NCBI GenBank assembly: GCA_963674735.2
Contig: CAXXQS010000001.1
Coordinates: 2,368,001-2,432,000 of the forward strand
DNA: 64,000 nucleotides
From: Myxococcota bacterium
GTDB lineage: Bacteria > Myxococcota_A > SURF-8
Reading direction: 5' to 3'
Shown: in pieces, positions 1 through 9,650 of the stretch
Numbering within the stretch: the stretch's first letter is position 1
How the letters are laid out: every line of letters starts with the position of its first letter
Notes under the pieces: generated by a model
Database searches by the model: none
The model's input: the letters and a program-made list of their open reading frames with translations, nothing else
Told to the model about the DNA's origin: nothing
Translations under genes and position numbers: made by a program

Positions 1-237
1 CTAAAGAACTCTGCCGATTCCACGGCTGGCTTATCAAGCCTGGGGCGCAAGCTGGCCACCACGCATAATCTGGCGCAGCGACTCAACCGCATCGCCGAAG
101 ACAACATCAACCGCGCGCGCCGCGCACTCAAAGGCGCACAAAGACTGGCTCTGGTGCCGATCTTCGCGGACGACATACACGACATCGCCGGATTGGACCG
201 GATGAACGCGTACCTGTTCAACCCGGTCTCTTCTTAA
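1..237 (+). CDS. 3' end of a gene entering the window, possibly an ArsA/Get3-family ATPase
   Basis: Frame 1 is open from base 1 to TAA at 235-237. It ends ...LALVPIFADDIHDIAGLDRMNAYLF, resembling the VPxFxxDVHDLxGL C-terminus of ArsA-like ATPases. Confidence 0.5.
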   Translation, partial: LKNSADSTAGLSSLGRKLATTHNLAQRLNRIAEDNINRARRALKGAQRLALVPIFADDIHDIAGLDRMNAYLFNPVSS

Positions 238-285
238 AAGCCGGTAAACCCCGTTTTCGAGATTTCAAACGGTCAGGAGTATTTC

Positions 286-3200
286 ATGGTTTTGTCATCC
301 CGCTCGAATACCCGTAAGCTGTTCTGGCTCCTTTTGGCTATCTTCGTCTGCCTGCCGGTTTTTTCGGCCTGCGACGATTACACCGCCGCAACCATCGACC
401 CCGATGCGACGGACGGTGACGGCAGCGATGGCGATACGGACGGCGAACCGGACGTGGATAGCGACGGCGATGGCGACGCCGATGGCGATGAATCGGACGG
501 AGACTCCGACAGCGAGGGTCTGACCGATCTACTGTGGCTCGATGAAGCGCTGGACGAAGGGGATGTACGCGGCGGAATCATCCGACGCGAAACGGAATTG
601 GTAAGCGGTCCCGAGGCGACGGGACGGATCGACGACTACAAGCTTTACAACGCCCGCGTAGCCTTCATCATCGCCGCCGCCGGTCCCGGTCGCGGCTTCG
701 CAACCTACGGCGGTTCTATCCTCGATGCCGTGCGGATGAACGCGGACGGCAACTGGTCGGCCGACTACCTGGTGGACGCCGCGCCTTTCAGCGGTCACTT
801 CCCCACCAGCATTCCTTTCGATGGCACCCTGCGCCAAATCAAGGTTGAGGAAGCTTCGCAAATCGAGCTGATCCACAACGGTTCGGACGGCCAGCCCGCG
901 CATCTGCGCGTCACCGGTGCCGACTGGCCGATTCAGATGGTCGACGAACAACTCCTCGTCGCCCTCAATCCCCAGGTGGATATCACCGTCGATTATCGTC
1001 TCTCGGCCGATGACGATTTCCTACGCATCACCGTGACGGTAGCCTTGGACGACACCGCCGACCCCTTCCTCACCGAACCGTTCCGTCCCGGATTGGCGGT
1101 TTTGACCAGTGACACCCTCACGCCCTTCATGCCCGGTATGGAGCCAGCAGGACTGCCCGCTCCCAGCCTTAACAAGCCCATTCACACCCGCGAACCACTC
1201 TACGCCGCTTTTTACGGCGACCCTCTGGCTTACTTCGTCAGCGGCTACGAACCCGACGGCATCCTGGCGCAAATCTTCCCCACCGACGTTCTTTTTGCAA
1301 TGGATTCACGCGACCTGATCGCCAGCCAGGACGAATCGCCTTCCGGTAATTTGATCTTCGGCATCGCCGCGAATTCCCCCGAGTCGGCTTATCGCATCGC
1401 CCACGCGCACCATCTTGCCGTGGACTCGGAAGCCGCGGATGATCCGGGTACGGTTAGCGGGACGCTGGCTCTAATGAGCGAATTCGGCGATACCCGCGTG
1501 GAGGTGCTGGCCACGGGTATCGAGTACATCGACGACGACGAAGATAAGCCGCGCGAATACATCCAGGCGCTCACCTGGATGGGAGCGGACGACGCTCTGG
1601 AGTTGTCGCTGCCGCAAGGCGATTGGTCGTTGTTTACCCGCAACCAGTGGGGGGAGTTATCCGACCCGCTGCCCGTCAGCGTCAGCGCCGGACAACCGCT
1701 CGAAGCCGGGGCCCTCAATCCGCCGCCGCGTCCGGCGTTGGTGACGGTAGCGGTGTTGGAACGCCCCGCCAACGGAGCCGACGACGATCCTTCTCCCGTG
1801 TCCGCACGGGTGGATATTTTCGATGGCGAGCTGGACATTCAACCGGGCTTTACCCTCCCCGAAGGCATGGAACCCCTGGCCACCGTCATCACTCACGAAG
1901 GTGAAACCTCCGTCACCGTTCCCGTACCGCATGGCGGCGGCGACGCACGGCCCTTTACTTTTGTGGCCTCACGCGGTTCTTTCTACACGATCGCCACGGC
2001 CGTAGCCGACATTCAAACCGGCCTCGGGCCGGGTGAAACGCAGGGAGCCGAATTGATCATCGAACGGGTGGTAGATCCCGGCATGGACTTGCCGTCCGGC
2101 ACGCAACGCTACCTGCACCCCGTCGACCTGCTAGTCCGTTCGGAACGCTCTTTAACGTCGCAGATCGTCCAAAGCGACCGCCTGTGGCAAGCCGCAGCGG
2201 AAGGCTTGGAAATGATCGTAGCCGCCGACCTGGCCACCGTAACCGACTACACCTCCGCACTCGACGAAACAGGGCTGACCGAGCTGGTGCATCCCGTCTT
2301 TGTTTTCCCCGGCCTAACCGTCGCCCCGACCTGGTCGCAGTTCAGCGGGCTGAACGTCGGTGTTCCCGCCGAAGCGGCCGCTTATTTCGACATTCCGGTC
2401 ATCAGCTACTCACCTACCGGTTCGGCCAACGGTCGCCGCGTAGCTCCCGATATTCAGGCGGACCTAAGCGCCGACGACGGTTACGCCGCCTCGCTGGTGC
2501 AGATCAACCGACCGCGCGGTCCCGAGGACAGCGACGGTTTCTTCGACTTCTTCGGCGACGGTAGCGATGGAGATCCGGCACCCTACGACCCGCATACGGG
2601 CATTTCGTCCTTGCGGCTCGAAGTCCGAAACACATTGGAGGAATGGCAAACCCTGGAAGGGCTGTCGGGCGCGATGGCCTTTGCCGATACCTACTCAACG
2701 CTGCAAGACTGGTTCTCGCTTTTATCTCAGGGTATCTTCAAACCGCTCACCGGCTCTTCAAATCTCGATGGATCGAGCACGGCGGGTTTCGGCTGGGCGC
2801 GCACCCTGATCTTAAGCGACCAACAGTATCTCAACAAAACGCGTGCTGAAGCCCTGTTCGGCGAGTTAGCGGCCGGTCACGCAATCGTCACCGGCGGTCC
2901 GACCCTGCATGTGAGCCTGGGAGACGCTCTGCCCGGCGACACCTACACGATCGCCGACCCGAGCGAAGCCGACGTCCGGCTCGATGTTGCGTTGAAGCTG
3001 CAGGCCCCGGCCTGGATGTCGGTACGACATCTGTACGTCTGTATCAACGGCAACCGCATGGACAGCACCTACGAATACATCCCCAACACCACGGAAGCCG
3101 TCCGCTTCGACGGCAACATGACAATCCGCCTGCCGCGTCAGGAAAACGGCGACACACCGCCCTACCAGGATTCGTGGCTGGTGGCGATGGCGTTCGGACG

Positions 3201-3453
3201 CGACATCCATCCACTCGATCCGCTGTATCCGGGTAAGCCGTCGTTCGCCATCTCCAATCCCATTTTCGTAGAGGCCGATGGCCAGGAAGGATACAGCGGG
3301 CCGCCCTTGACCGGCGAGGGAGAAAGCTTCCGGCCCTACTGCATCAGCGAGAATCTGTGCGACTTTTTCGCCGCCTACGAGGAGGACCGCCCCACCGCCA
3401 CGGCGCTTGACGAATGCTGCGCGCTCTTCCCCGACAAGGCTTACTGCCAGTAG
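286..3453 (+). CDS. Lipoprotein with DGD linker and CehA/McbA-like (PHP-type) metallohydrolase architecture, metal ligands degenerate
   Basis: RBS AGGAG; lipobox FSA-C; DGD repeats; family-like segments AEGLEMIVAAD, QINRPR, DWFSLLSQG, GWART, VTGGP and FAISNPIFVEADG. Confidence 0.7.
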   Translation: MVLSSRSNTRKLFWLLLAIFVCLPVFSACDDYTAATIDPDATDGDGSDGDTDGEPDVDSDGDGDADGDESDGDSDSEGLTDLLWLDEALDEGDVRGGIIRRETELVSGPEATGRIDDYKLYNARVAFIIAAAGPGRGFATYGGSILDAVRMNADGNWSADYLVDAAPFSGHFPTSIPFDGTLRQIKVEEASQIELIHNGSDGQPAHLRVTGADWPIQMVDEQLLVALNPQVDITVDYRLSADDDFLRITVTVALDDTADPFLTEPFRPGLAVLTSDTLTPFMPGMEPAGLPAPSLNKPIHTREPLYAAFYGDPLAYFVSGYEPDGILAQIFPTDVLFAMDSRDLIASQDESPSGNLIFGIAANSPESAYRIAHAHHLAVDSEAADDPGTVSGTLALMSEFGDTRVEVLATGIEYIDDDEDKPREYIQALTWMGADDALELSLPQGDWSLFTRNQWGELSDPLPVSVSAGQPLEAGALNPPPRPALVTVAVLERPANGADDDPSPVSARVDIFDGELDIQPGFTLPEGMEPLATVITHEGETSVTVPVPHGGGDARPFTFVASRGSFYTIATAVADIQTGLGPGETQGAELIIERVVDPGMDLPSGTQRYLHPVDLLVRSERSLTSQIVQSDRLWQAAAEGLEMIVAADLATVTDYTSALDETGLTELVHPVFVFPGLTVAPTWSQFSGLNVGVPAEAAAYFDIPVISYSPTGSANGRRVAPDIQADLSADDGYAASLVQINRPRGPEDSDGFFDFFGDGSDGDPAPYDPHTGISSLRLEVRNTLEEWQTLEGLSGAMAFADTYSTLQDWFSLLSQGIFKPLTGSSNLDGSSTAGFGWARTLILSDQQYLNKTRAEALFGELAAGHAIVTGGPTLHVSLGDALPGDTYTIADPSEADVRLDVALKLQAPAWMSVRHLYVCINGNRMDSTYEYIPNTTEAVRFDGNMTIRLPRQENGDTPPYQDSWLVAMAFGRDIHPLDPLYPGKPSFAISNPIFVEADGQEGYSGPPLTGEGESFRPYCISENLCDFFAAYEEDRPTATALDECCALFPDKAYCQ

Positions 3454-3483
3454 AAAGCGAGATTCGACCTAAGCGGAACGGGG

Positions 3484-6084
3484 TTATTCGGAACAGGCCT
3501 CCTGTGTGAGATCGACCAGACACGACCCGCCCTTGCAACTGACCGTCAGGGTTCCATTGACCGGGTTGGACGAAAGCTGGCAGGAGCCGTCTTCGACAGG
3601 CAGAGCCGAGATCGACTCCCCACTGAATTCGCAGCTATGAACATCGTTCATCAGAATGATGGGTTCGCCGGTCGCGGTTCGAACCGTGAACGTGCAAGTT
3701 TCTGCGTTGGCCACCAGCACCTCGATGATTTGATTCGAATCAAGGAAATAGTCTGCGCAGGCTCCCTCCCCGGCTTGAACGGTTTCCGTACAGTAGATCC
3801 CCGCGAATGAGGCACATTCCCCAACACAATTCAGAGTGTCACTGTCGCCATCCACATCGCCATCGGTCGAACATCCGTCCGTGATCGAAAACACCGAACA
3901 ATGTTCATCCGTTCCATCCTCGTTGGGGTTCAAAGGATCCGTAATCCAGTTGTTTTCCGGATACCAGAATTTATATACCTGTTGGCCACAATCGAGGTTA
4001 TTCACGGTGGCGCTAAATAAGTTGCCTCCGATTTGTTGCATAATAATACCGGTTGATGGGTTCCAGGGAGAAGCCTGGAAATCACCAACGATTTTAATGG
4101 GTTTCGATACTTCTTCCGACTCGATATAGTAGAAGGTGGCCGAGCGACCCTCGACAACCGGTGAGACCGTCGGCAGATCGCCATCCGTGTCACCGTCGAC
4201 ATCTCCATCGACATCCCCATCCGTATCGGGAAGCCCCTCGGTCAGATAGGTACAGTCGGGGTCGTCAAAGTCCGTCAGACCATCCGAGTCATTGTCCTTG
4301 CCATCTGTACAGAAAAACTCCGGTTCACAGACAAAAGTTCCAAAGCACGCTTCCGGCTGACTGCAATTGTTCTGAGCGCAGGTAATGCATTCCGGCCTTA
4401 CATTCGGACCTTCTTCCTGGCAGTCTTGATTGCAAAATTGCTGAACGCAATTCGAATAGCATTCCATGCAGCCCGATCCAACCGTCTCGTTGCAGGTATT
4501 GCTGGTTGTCCGATTAAAACAAGTCGCCCAGAAATCCAACGACGCAATCGCCCCCAGAACATCCAAGCCGGTGCAAGCGCCCGCCTCACCAACCTGGGCA
4601 AAGCAAGCCAAATCCGCACAGTCGGTATTGCCATTGCCGTCGTCATCCACGTTGTCCGCACAAACCAACTCATACCCGTTCATATGCCCGCGCACGCAAC
4701 GCAGGTGGTCGGCATTTACGGACTGTGCGATTTCCGCACTCATAAATTCCATACCGAAACCCTGGGTTCGGGAAGGAGCCGCCGTCGGTCCGATCAGACC
4801 GTTTTTCCAGTACGGTCCACCCGATTTGGAACAAGAGGGGCAATCGGGTCGACAGTTGGCGGTCGGACACCCATTATTGTGCAGAGTACAACTTCCACCG
4901 AAGGCCTGCGTCGGGCAGTCATCCACCAACGTCCGCAACGCATCGATGGACGGCAGACGCCAGTCGCTGAAGCCACCCCAGTCCAAATCGTCGCAATAGG
5001 CCATGTTGTTTTGCAGCGACCCCGAGGCGGATTGGGGAGTATGGTCGGGAAGATAGCGGCTCGGATTCTGCCAGGAGAGGCCGGTTTCCGAATCGTTGAA
5101 CACGAAGTCGCAAGCGTCGCCGACGCCGTCATCATTGCTGTCCGCCTGGTCGTCATTGGCGATCCACCAGCAGTTGTCATCCGCATTGGCGACGGAATCG
5201 AAATCGGAATCGAGCACGCGATTCAGATCCGGAACGGCGGCGCTCGATCCCAACTCATCGAAACGGCTCGCCAGATCGGCCTTAATACTATCCGGAATCA
5301 GATAATTCGCTGCGTCGCCATTTGCAAGTTCACGCGGGAGCTGTTGCGCTTCCACCAGACTCACAACCGTGCTATGGCTGATCTCCCCGTCCGACGCCAG
5401 ATCAGCGGAGATGCCGTTGATGAGTTCCTGCAGGGCGGCGTCCGGCGAACCCGGGCTTCTCAAACGGGCGGCATGGGACAAAACGGACGACACCGCGAAC
5501 AGATAGGCGTTGGCCAACGTATCGCCTCCCTGCAAGGTCAGTTCGATAGCCGGATCGTCGAGCGTCAAGTTCGTGGGTCCGATCGGCAGGGCGGCAACCA
5601 GCTCGGCCTCGGCCTGTTCGATGGCTGCGGCCAGATCTTTCCCGGCCTGCACGAGATTCTTGACGCGGCTATAGGTCAGATGGGTCAGCAGGTTCAGGTG
5701 CGCGTTCTGTGCACCCTCGCTGCGAATCTCGTAAAAAGCACGCAAGGTCAGATTGGCACCGGACAAATCACCGGTAACTTCATTGTAATAAAACCCGCTG
5801 CCTTCCAGCGAAACGAAACCGGCCGCCTCGAAGTTAACGCTGAACTCCCCCAAATCATTAATGGTTTGCGTGGTGAATTGTTGACCGCTCGGATTACCTT
5901 CGGCATCGACCGGTGCAATCGTGATGCTGGATCCTAAAACGAACGGTCCCTTTTCCACCGATCCATCCAGTTGGACCTTTACCGGCTTCAAGTTATCGTC
6001 GCCATCGCTGCTGGAACTACAAGCCAACGGCAATAAAAGAGTCCCTGCACAAAGCACGATAATCAGACGACTTATCCGCAACAT
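3484..6084 (-). CDS. Modular Cys-rich lipoprotein (TSP3-like repeat, DUF1566-like domain, DDDGNGxxDC repeats, CBM48/AMPK-like carbohydrate-binding domain)
   Basis: Lipobox PLA-C; DNCWWIANDDQADSNDDGVGDACD; DSETGLSWQ...YCDDLDWGGFSDWRLPSIDAL (DUF1566-like); IVGDF..WN...YKFW..NNWITDPLNP (CBM48-like). Confidence 0.75.
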   Translation of the reverse strand: MLRISRLIIVLCAGTLLLPLACSSSSDGDDNLKPVKVQLDGSVEKGPFVLGSSITIAPVDAEGNPSGQQFTTQTINDLGEFSVNFEAAGFVSLEGSGFYYNEVTGDLSGANLTLRAFYEIRSEGAQNAHLNLLTHLTYSRVKNLVQAGKDLAAAIEQAEAELVAALPIGPTNLTLDDPAIELTLQGGDTLANAYLFAVSSVLSHAARLRSPGSPDAALQELINGISADLASDGEISHSTVVSLVEAQQLPRELANGDAANYLIPDSIKADLASRFDELGSSAAVPDLNRVLDSDFDSVANADDNCWWIANDDQADSNDDGVGDACDFVFNDSETGLSWQNPSRYLPDHTPQSASGSLQNNMAYCDDLDWGGFSDWRLPSIDALRTLVDDCPTQAFGGSCTLHNNGCPTANCRPDCPSCSKSGGPYWKNGLIGPTAAPSRTQGFGMEFMSAEIAQSVNADHLRCVRGHMNGYELVCADNVDDDGNGNTDCADLACFAQVGEAGACTGLDVLGAIASLDFWATCFNRTTSNTCNETVGSGCMECYSNCVQQFCNQDCQEEGPNVRPECITCAQNNCSQPEACFGTFVCEPEFFCTDGKDNDSDGLTDFDDPDCTYLTEGLPDTDGDVDGDVDGDTDGDLPTVSPVVEGRSATFYYIESEEVSKPIKIVGDFQASPWNPSTGIIMQQIGGNLFSATVNNLDCGQQVYKFWYPENNWITDPLNPNEDGTDEHCSVFSITDGCSTDGDVDGDSDTLNCVGECASFAGIYCTETVQAGEGACADYFLDSNQIIEVLVANAETCTFTVRTATGEPIILMNDVHSCEFSGESISALPVEDGSCQLSSNPVNGTLTVSCKGGSCLVDLTQEACSE

Positions 6085-6282
6085 GTTTCCACCTTTGATT
6101 CTCTATTTAGAAGTAATGCTCCAACATAACACCGGAATTTGAAAATGCAAACGATATCCTAACCACTGGCGTGAGGATAAGAGTAAGGCCGTTCGTGGGA
6201 AACGCGCATCGATGTTCGGTCGGACGGCAATCGATCGACTTATGTACCGACAAATCGGATTCGGCACAGCGGGAATCAAATC

Positions 6283-6321
6283 AAAAGAAGCGTCCCGGCC
6301 TGATGGTCGGGACGCTTTTTT
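6283..6321. terminator. Intrinsic terminator downstream of cysK, probably bidirectional
   Basis: Stem AAGCGTCCCGGCC-TGAT-GGTCGGGACGCTT flanked by A-rich and T-rich runs. Confidence 0.75.
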
Positions 6322-6344
6322 GGCTTTATGGAGATTGTACGACT

Positions 6345-7268
6345 TTAGCTGAATAGGGGCGTGGAAAGGTAGCGTTCACCATTGGAAGGCACGATGGTAA
6401 CGATCAGCTTACCCGTCATTTCAGGACGCGCCGCAAGCTGCATCGCGGCGAAGATGTTGGCTCCCGACGAAATACCCACCAGCAGTCCCTCTTCCTTGGC
6501 GGCCCGGCGGGCGGTTTCGAAAGCCTGCTCACCGCTGACGGTCAGCACCTCGTCAATGACATCCATATTCAGGATCTCAGGTTTGAACCCGGCTCCGATA
6601 CCTTGGATCTTGTGCGGCCCGGGCGAACCGCCCGACAAGACGGGTGAATCGGTCGGTTCCACCGCGTAAGCCTTGAAATCGGGCTTACGCGATTTGATCA
6701 CTTCGCTGACGCCGGTGATGGTGCCGCCGGTCCCCACACCCGCCACCAGGGCATCCACTGTGCCCTCGGTATCGGCCCAGATTTCCTCGGCCGTGGTCAG
6801 ACGATGAATTTCCGGATTGGCCGGATTCTTGAATTGCTGCGGAAGATAGAAGCGTTTGGGATCCTGGGCGGCAATGGCTTCGGCCTTTTCGATAGCCCCG
6901 CGCATTCCTTCGCCGCCGGAAGTCAGGACCAGTTCCGCACCATAGGCATTAAGCAAGGCTCGGCGTTCGTTGCTCATGGTTTCGGGCATGGTCAGGATGC
7001 ACGAATACCCCCGCGCCGCAGCGACAAACGCCAAGGCAATACCGGTATTACCCGAAGTGGGCTCGACGATCGTCATTCCCGGTTTGAGCGCGCCGCTTTT
7101 CTCGGCGGCAACGATCATGTTCAGCCCGATCCGGTCTTTCACGCTTCCGGCAGGATTGTAGAATTCCAGTTTGGCAAGCACGGTTGCAGGCAAGCCTTGG
7201 GTCAAGCGATTCAGTTTCACCAAAGGCGTACGGCCAACCAGTTCAGTCACGTTATTGGCTATATTCAT
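6345..7268 (-). CDS. cysK: Cysteine synthase A (O-acetylserine sulfhydrylase)
   Basis: SVKDRIG PLP-lysine motif, [37 protein letters not shown]. Confidence 0.97.
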   Translation of the reverse strand: MNIANNVTELVGRTPLVKLNRLTQGLPATVLAKLEFYNPAGSVKDRIGLNMIVAAEKSGALKPGMTIVEPTSGNTGIALAFVAAARGYSCILTMPETMSNERRALLNAYGAELVLTSGGEGMRGAIEKAEAIAAQDPKRFYLPQQFKNPANPEIHRLTTAEEIWADTEGTVDALVAGVGTGGTITGVSEVIKSRKPDFKAYAVEPTDSPVLSGGSPGPHKIQGIGAGFKPEILNMDVIDEVLTVSGEQAFETARRAAKEEGLLVGISSGANIFAAMQLAARPEMTGKLIVTIVPSNGERYLSTPLFS

Positions 7269-7324
7269 CCGTTTTCTCCTTCATACCGAAATCGCCCAGA
7301 GGACGCTCCGGTCTTATGCGGCAC

Positions 7325-7780
7325 TCAAATGTGGTAGATGATCGCTTCGGTACGGTCTCGGATCATATCGCGCTGGCGGTCCGCCAGATCGCGCAAGGTC
7401 TTGTTATCCAGGATATTATTGATGGCATCATAGATATCGCGCCACAGTTCGTGAGTCGCGCAGCCGCAACAGAGCATATTGCTACACGGTTCCTGGTTGT
7501 CGGCGCATTCCACCGGCGCGGGCGATCCTTCCAACGCGCGCACGATTTCACTCAGGCTGATCTCTTCGGGGGCCTTGGCCAGGCTGTAGCCTCCGCGCGC
7601 CCCCCGCACACCACGCAACAGACCCGCTGCACGTAAAGGCGTTACCAACTGTTCGAGATATTTCAAGGATACATTCTGCCGCTTGGCAACATCTTTTAGC
7701 AGGATGGCTCCATTCCCGTAGCTCATCGCCAGATCCATCATCGCGCGCATTCCGTAACGTCCACGTGTCGAAAGTTTCAT
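7325..7780 (-). CDS. Rrf2-family transcriptional regulator (CymR/IscR-like) with a Cys cluster
   Basis: MKLSTRGRYGMRAM..., YLEQL, RGARGGYSL, C-terminal C-x6-C-x4-CCGC; directly upstream of cysK. Confidence 0.92.
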   Translation of the reverse strand: MKLSTRGRYGMRAMMDLAMSYGNGAILLKDVAKRQNVSLKYLEQLVTPLRAAGLLRGVRGARGGYSLAKAPEEISLSEIVRALEGSPAPVECADNQEPCSNMLCCGCATHELWRDIYDAINNILDNKTLRDLADRQRDMIRDRTEAIIYHI

Positions 7781-7831
7781 TGCCGCCCTCGCCTTTCCTA
7801 CTATTCATACCAAGCAACTCCAATAGAGCCG

Positions 7832-7861
7832 ATCCTACGGCAGACTATTCCCCCTTGTCAA
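7832..7861 (-). promoter_or_regulatory. Sigma70-like promoter of rrf2-cysK
   Basis: Minus-strand TTGACA (7861-7856), 18-bp spacer, TAGGAT (7837-7832). Confidence 0.55.
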
Positions 7862-7937
7862 TCTTTTTTATTGCTTAGCAGTATGAATACTAGGATTTTG
7901 CCTGACGAACCAGTAAAGACTTCGCCTCAAAGCCGAT

Positions 7938-9056
7938 TTATGTGTAATATTCAGCAATAACATCTACAACATAGCGAGCTTCGGCATCGCTCAGTTCGGG
8001 GAATATCGGCAGAGCCAAGGTTTCGGCAGCCGCGCGTTCCGCCTCGGGAAAATCGCCTTTTTTACAGCCGAGATAGGCGAAACAGGCTTGTTCATGCAGC
8101 GATAGAGGGTAGTAGATTTCCGTCCCGATTCCCTTCTCCGCCAAGGTGCTTTTCAATTCATCGCGGTGTTTGACACGGATGACAAACTGGTTGTAGATGT
8201 GGCGGCCCGGGCCTTCCTCAGGCAGTCCGACATTCCCGTCAAGCTGCGCGGCGTGCGCGGCGAAAAGAGTCCGGTAACGATCGGCATTGGCTTTGCGAGC
8301 GGCATGCCAACGATCCAAATGCGGTAGTTTGACCCGCAGCACGGCGGCCTGCATGGGATCGAGGCGGAAATTACCGCCCACGATGGAATGATAGTATTTG
8401 GGTTTGGACCCATGCGCACGCAAACGGCGGCACCGTTCAGCCAGCTCGTCATCGTTGGTGGCGACCAACCCGCCATCGCCCATGGCCCCGAGATTCTTGG
8501 AAGGAAAGAAGCTGAAACAGCCAAGCGCCCCGGCGTTGCCTGCGCGATGACCCGCCCCATCTTCCGAGCCGATGGACTGCGCGGCATCTTCCACCACCGG
8601 AATACCGCGCGGCGCGCATACGGCTTGCAGAGCGTCCATCTCGACCATACGACCGAACAGGTGAACGGGAACCACCGCCTTGGTACGCGGTGTCAAGGCC
8701 TCCTCCAGGCGCGTCAGGTCGAGGTTGTAGGTCACCGGATCGATATCGACAAAAACCGGCGTCGCACCCAGGCGATGAATGGCTCCGGCGGTGGCGAAGA
8801 ACGTGAACGGCGTCGTCACCACCTCATCCCCCGCACCGACACCCAGCGCCATCAAGGCCACGATCAACGCATCGGATCCCGAACTGACACCGATGGCATG
8901 CCGCGTCCCGCAGTGCGGAGCGATTTCGTTTTCGAGCGCCTCCACTTCAGGCCCCAAAATATAGCGTCCGCTACGGGCCACGCGGATCAGCGCCGCTTCC
9001 AGTTCGTCTTGCAAGGGAACATATTGTCGGGAAAGATCGAGCAGTGGTACCTTCAT
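7938..9056 (-). CDS. DegT/DnrJ/EryC1/StrS sugar aminotransferase (WbpE-like)
   Basis: [57 protein letters not shown]. Confidence 0.93.
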   Translation of the reverse strand: MKVPLLDLSRQYVPLQDELEAALIRVARSGRYILGPEVEALENEIAPHCGTRHAIGVSSGSDALIVALMALGVGAGDEVVTTPFTFFATAGAIHRLGATPVFVDIDPVTYNLDLTRLEEALTPRTKAVVPVHLFGRMVEMDALQAVCAPRGIPVVEDAAQSIGSEDGAGHRAGNAGALGCFSFFPSKNLGAMGDGGLVATNDDELAERCRRLRAHGSKPKYYHSIVGGNFRLDPMQAAVLRVKLPHLDRWHAARKANADRYRTLFAAHAAQLDGNVGLPEEGPGRHIYNQFVIRVKHRDELKSTLAEKGIGTEIYYPLSLHEQACFAYLGCKKGDFPEAERAAAETLALPIFPELSDAEARYVVDVIAEYYT

Positions 9057-9059
9057 GGC

Positions 9060-9635
9060 CTAGTCCTCCAAAAGGATCAGGTGGTTCACTTCTTCGCGAT
9101 AGCGGTCGCCGCAACGCGTGCAGCGAGCCTCGCCGTCGTAGAGATCCAACAGTTCGCCGCAGCGGCACACCCAGCCGATCTGGCGAGCGGGATTGCCGGT
9201 CATCACGGCAAAGTCGGGCACATCGCGCGTGACCACGGCTCCTGCTCCGATCATGGCGTAGCTGCCAACCGTACGCCCGCAGACGATCGTGGCGTTGGCG
9301 CCGATGGATACGCCTTTCCGGACGAGGGTTTTCACGTATTCGTCACGCCGCGACACGTGGGCGCGGGGGGTACGCACATTCGTGAACACCATTGAGGGTC
9401 CGCAGAACACGTCATCCGCGATCTCCACCCCGCCGTACACGCTGACGTTGTTTTGGATTTTAACACCGTTGCCGATCGTGCTGTTTCCGGCAACAAAAAC
9501 GTTTTGTCCCATAGACACGTTTTCGCCGATCTGTGCACCCGCACTGATATGGCAGAAATGCCACACCTTGCTGCCCGCACCGATCACGGCGCCCTCGTCC
9601 ACCACGGCGCTTGGATGTATAAAGACCGAATCCAT
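9060..9635 (-). CDS. wbpD: Hexapeptide-repeat N-acetyltransferase, WbpD-like
   Basis: [50 protein letters not shown] and a C-terminal CxxC. Confidence 0.85.
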   Translation of the reverse strand: MDSVFIHPSAVVDEGAVIGAGSKVWHFCHISAGAQIGENVSMGQNVFVAGNSTIGNGVKIQNNVSVYGGVEIADDVFCGPSMVFTNVRTPRAHVSRRDEYVKTLVRKGVSIGANATIVCGRTVGSYAMIGAGAVVTRDVPDFAVMTGNPARQIGWVCRCGELLDLYDGEARCTRCGDRYREEVNHLILLED

Positions 9636-9650
9636 ATTGGCCTCCTTATT

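Noticed and set aside
4426-5937. Long antisense ORFs (also 16941-18326, 21842-22738, 32385-33773, 35104-36555, 47990-49315)
   Set aside because: They mirror well-supported genes on the opposite strand, as expected in GC-rich DNA, and show no protein motifs.
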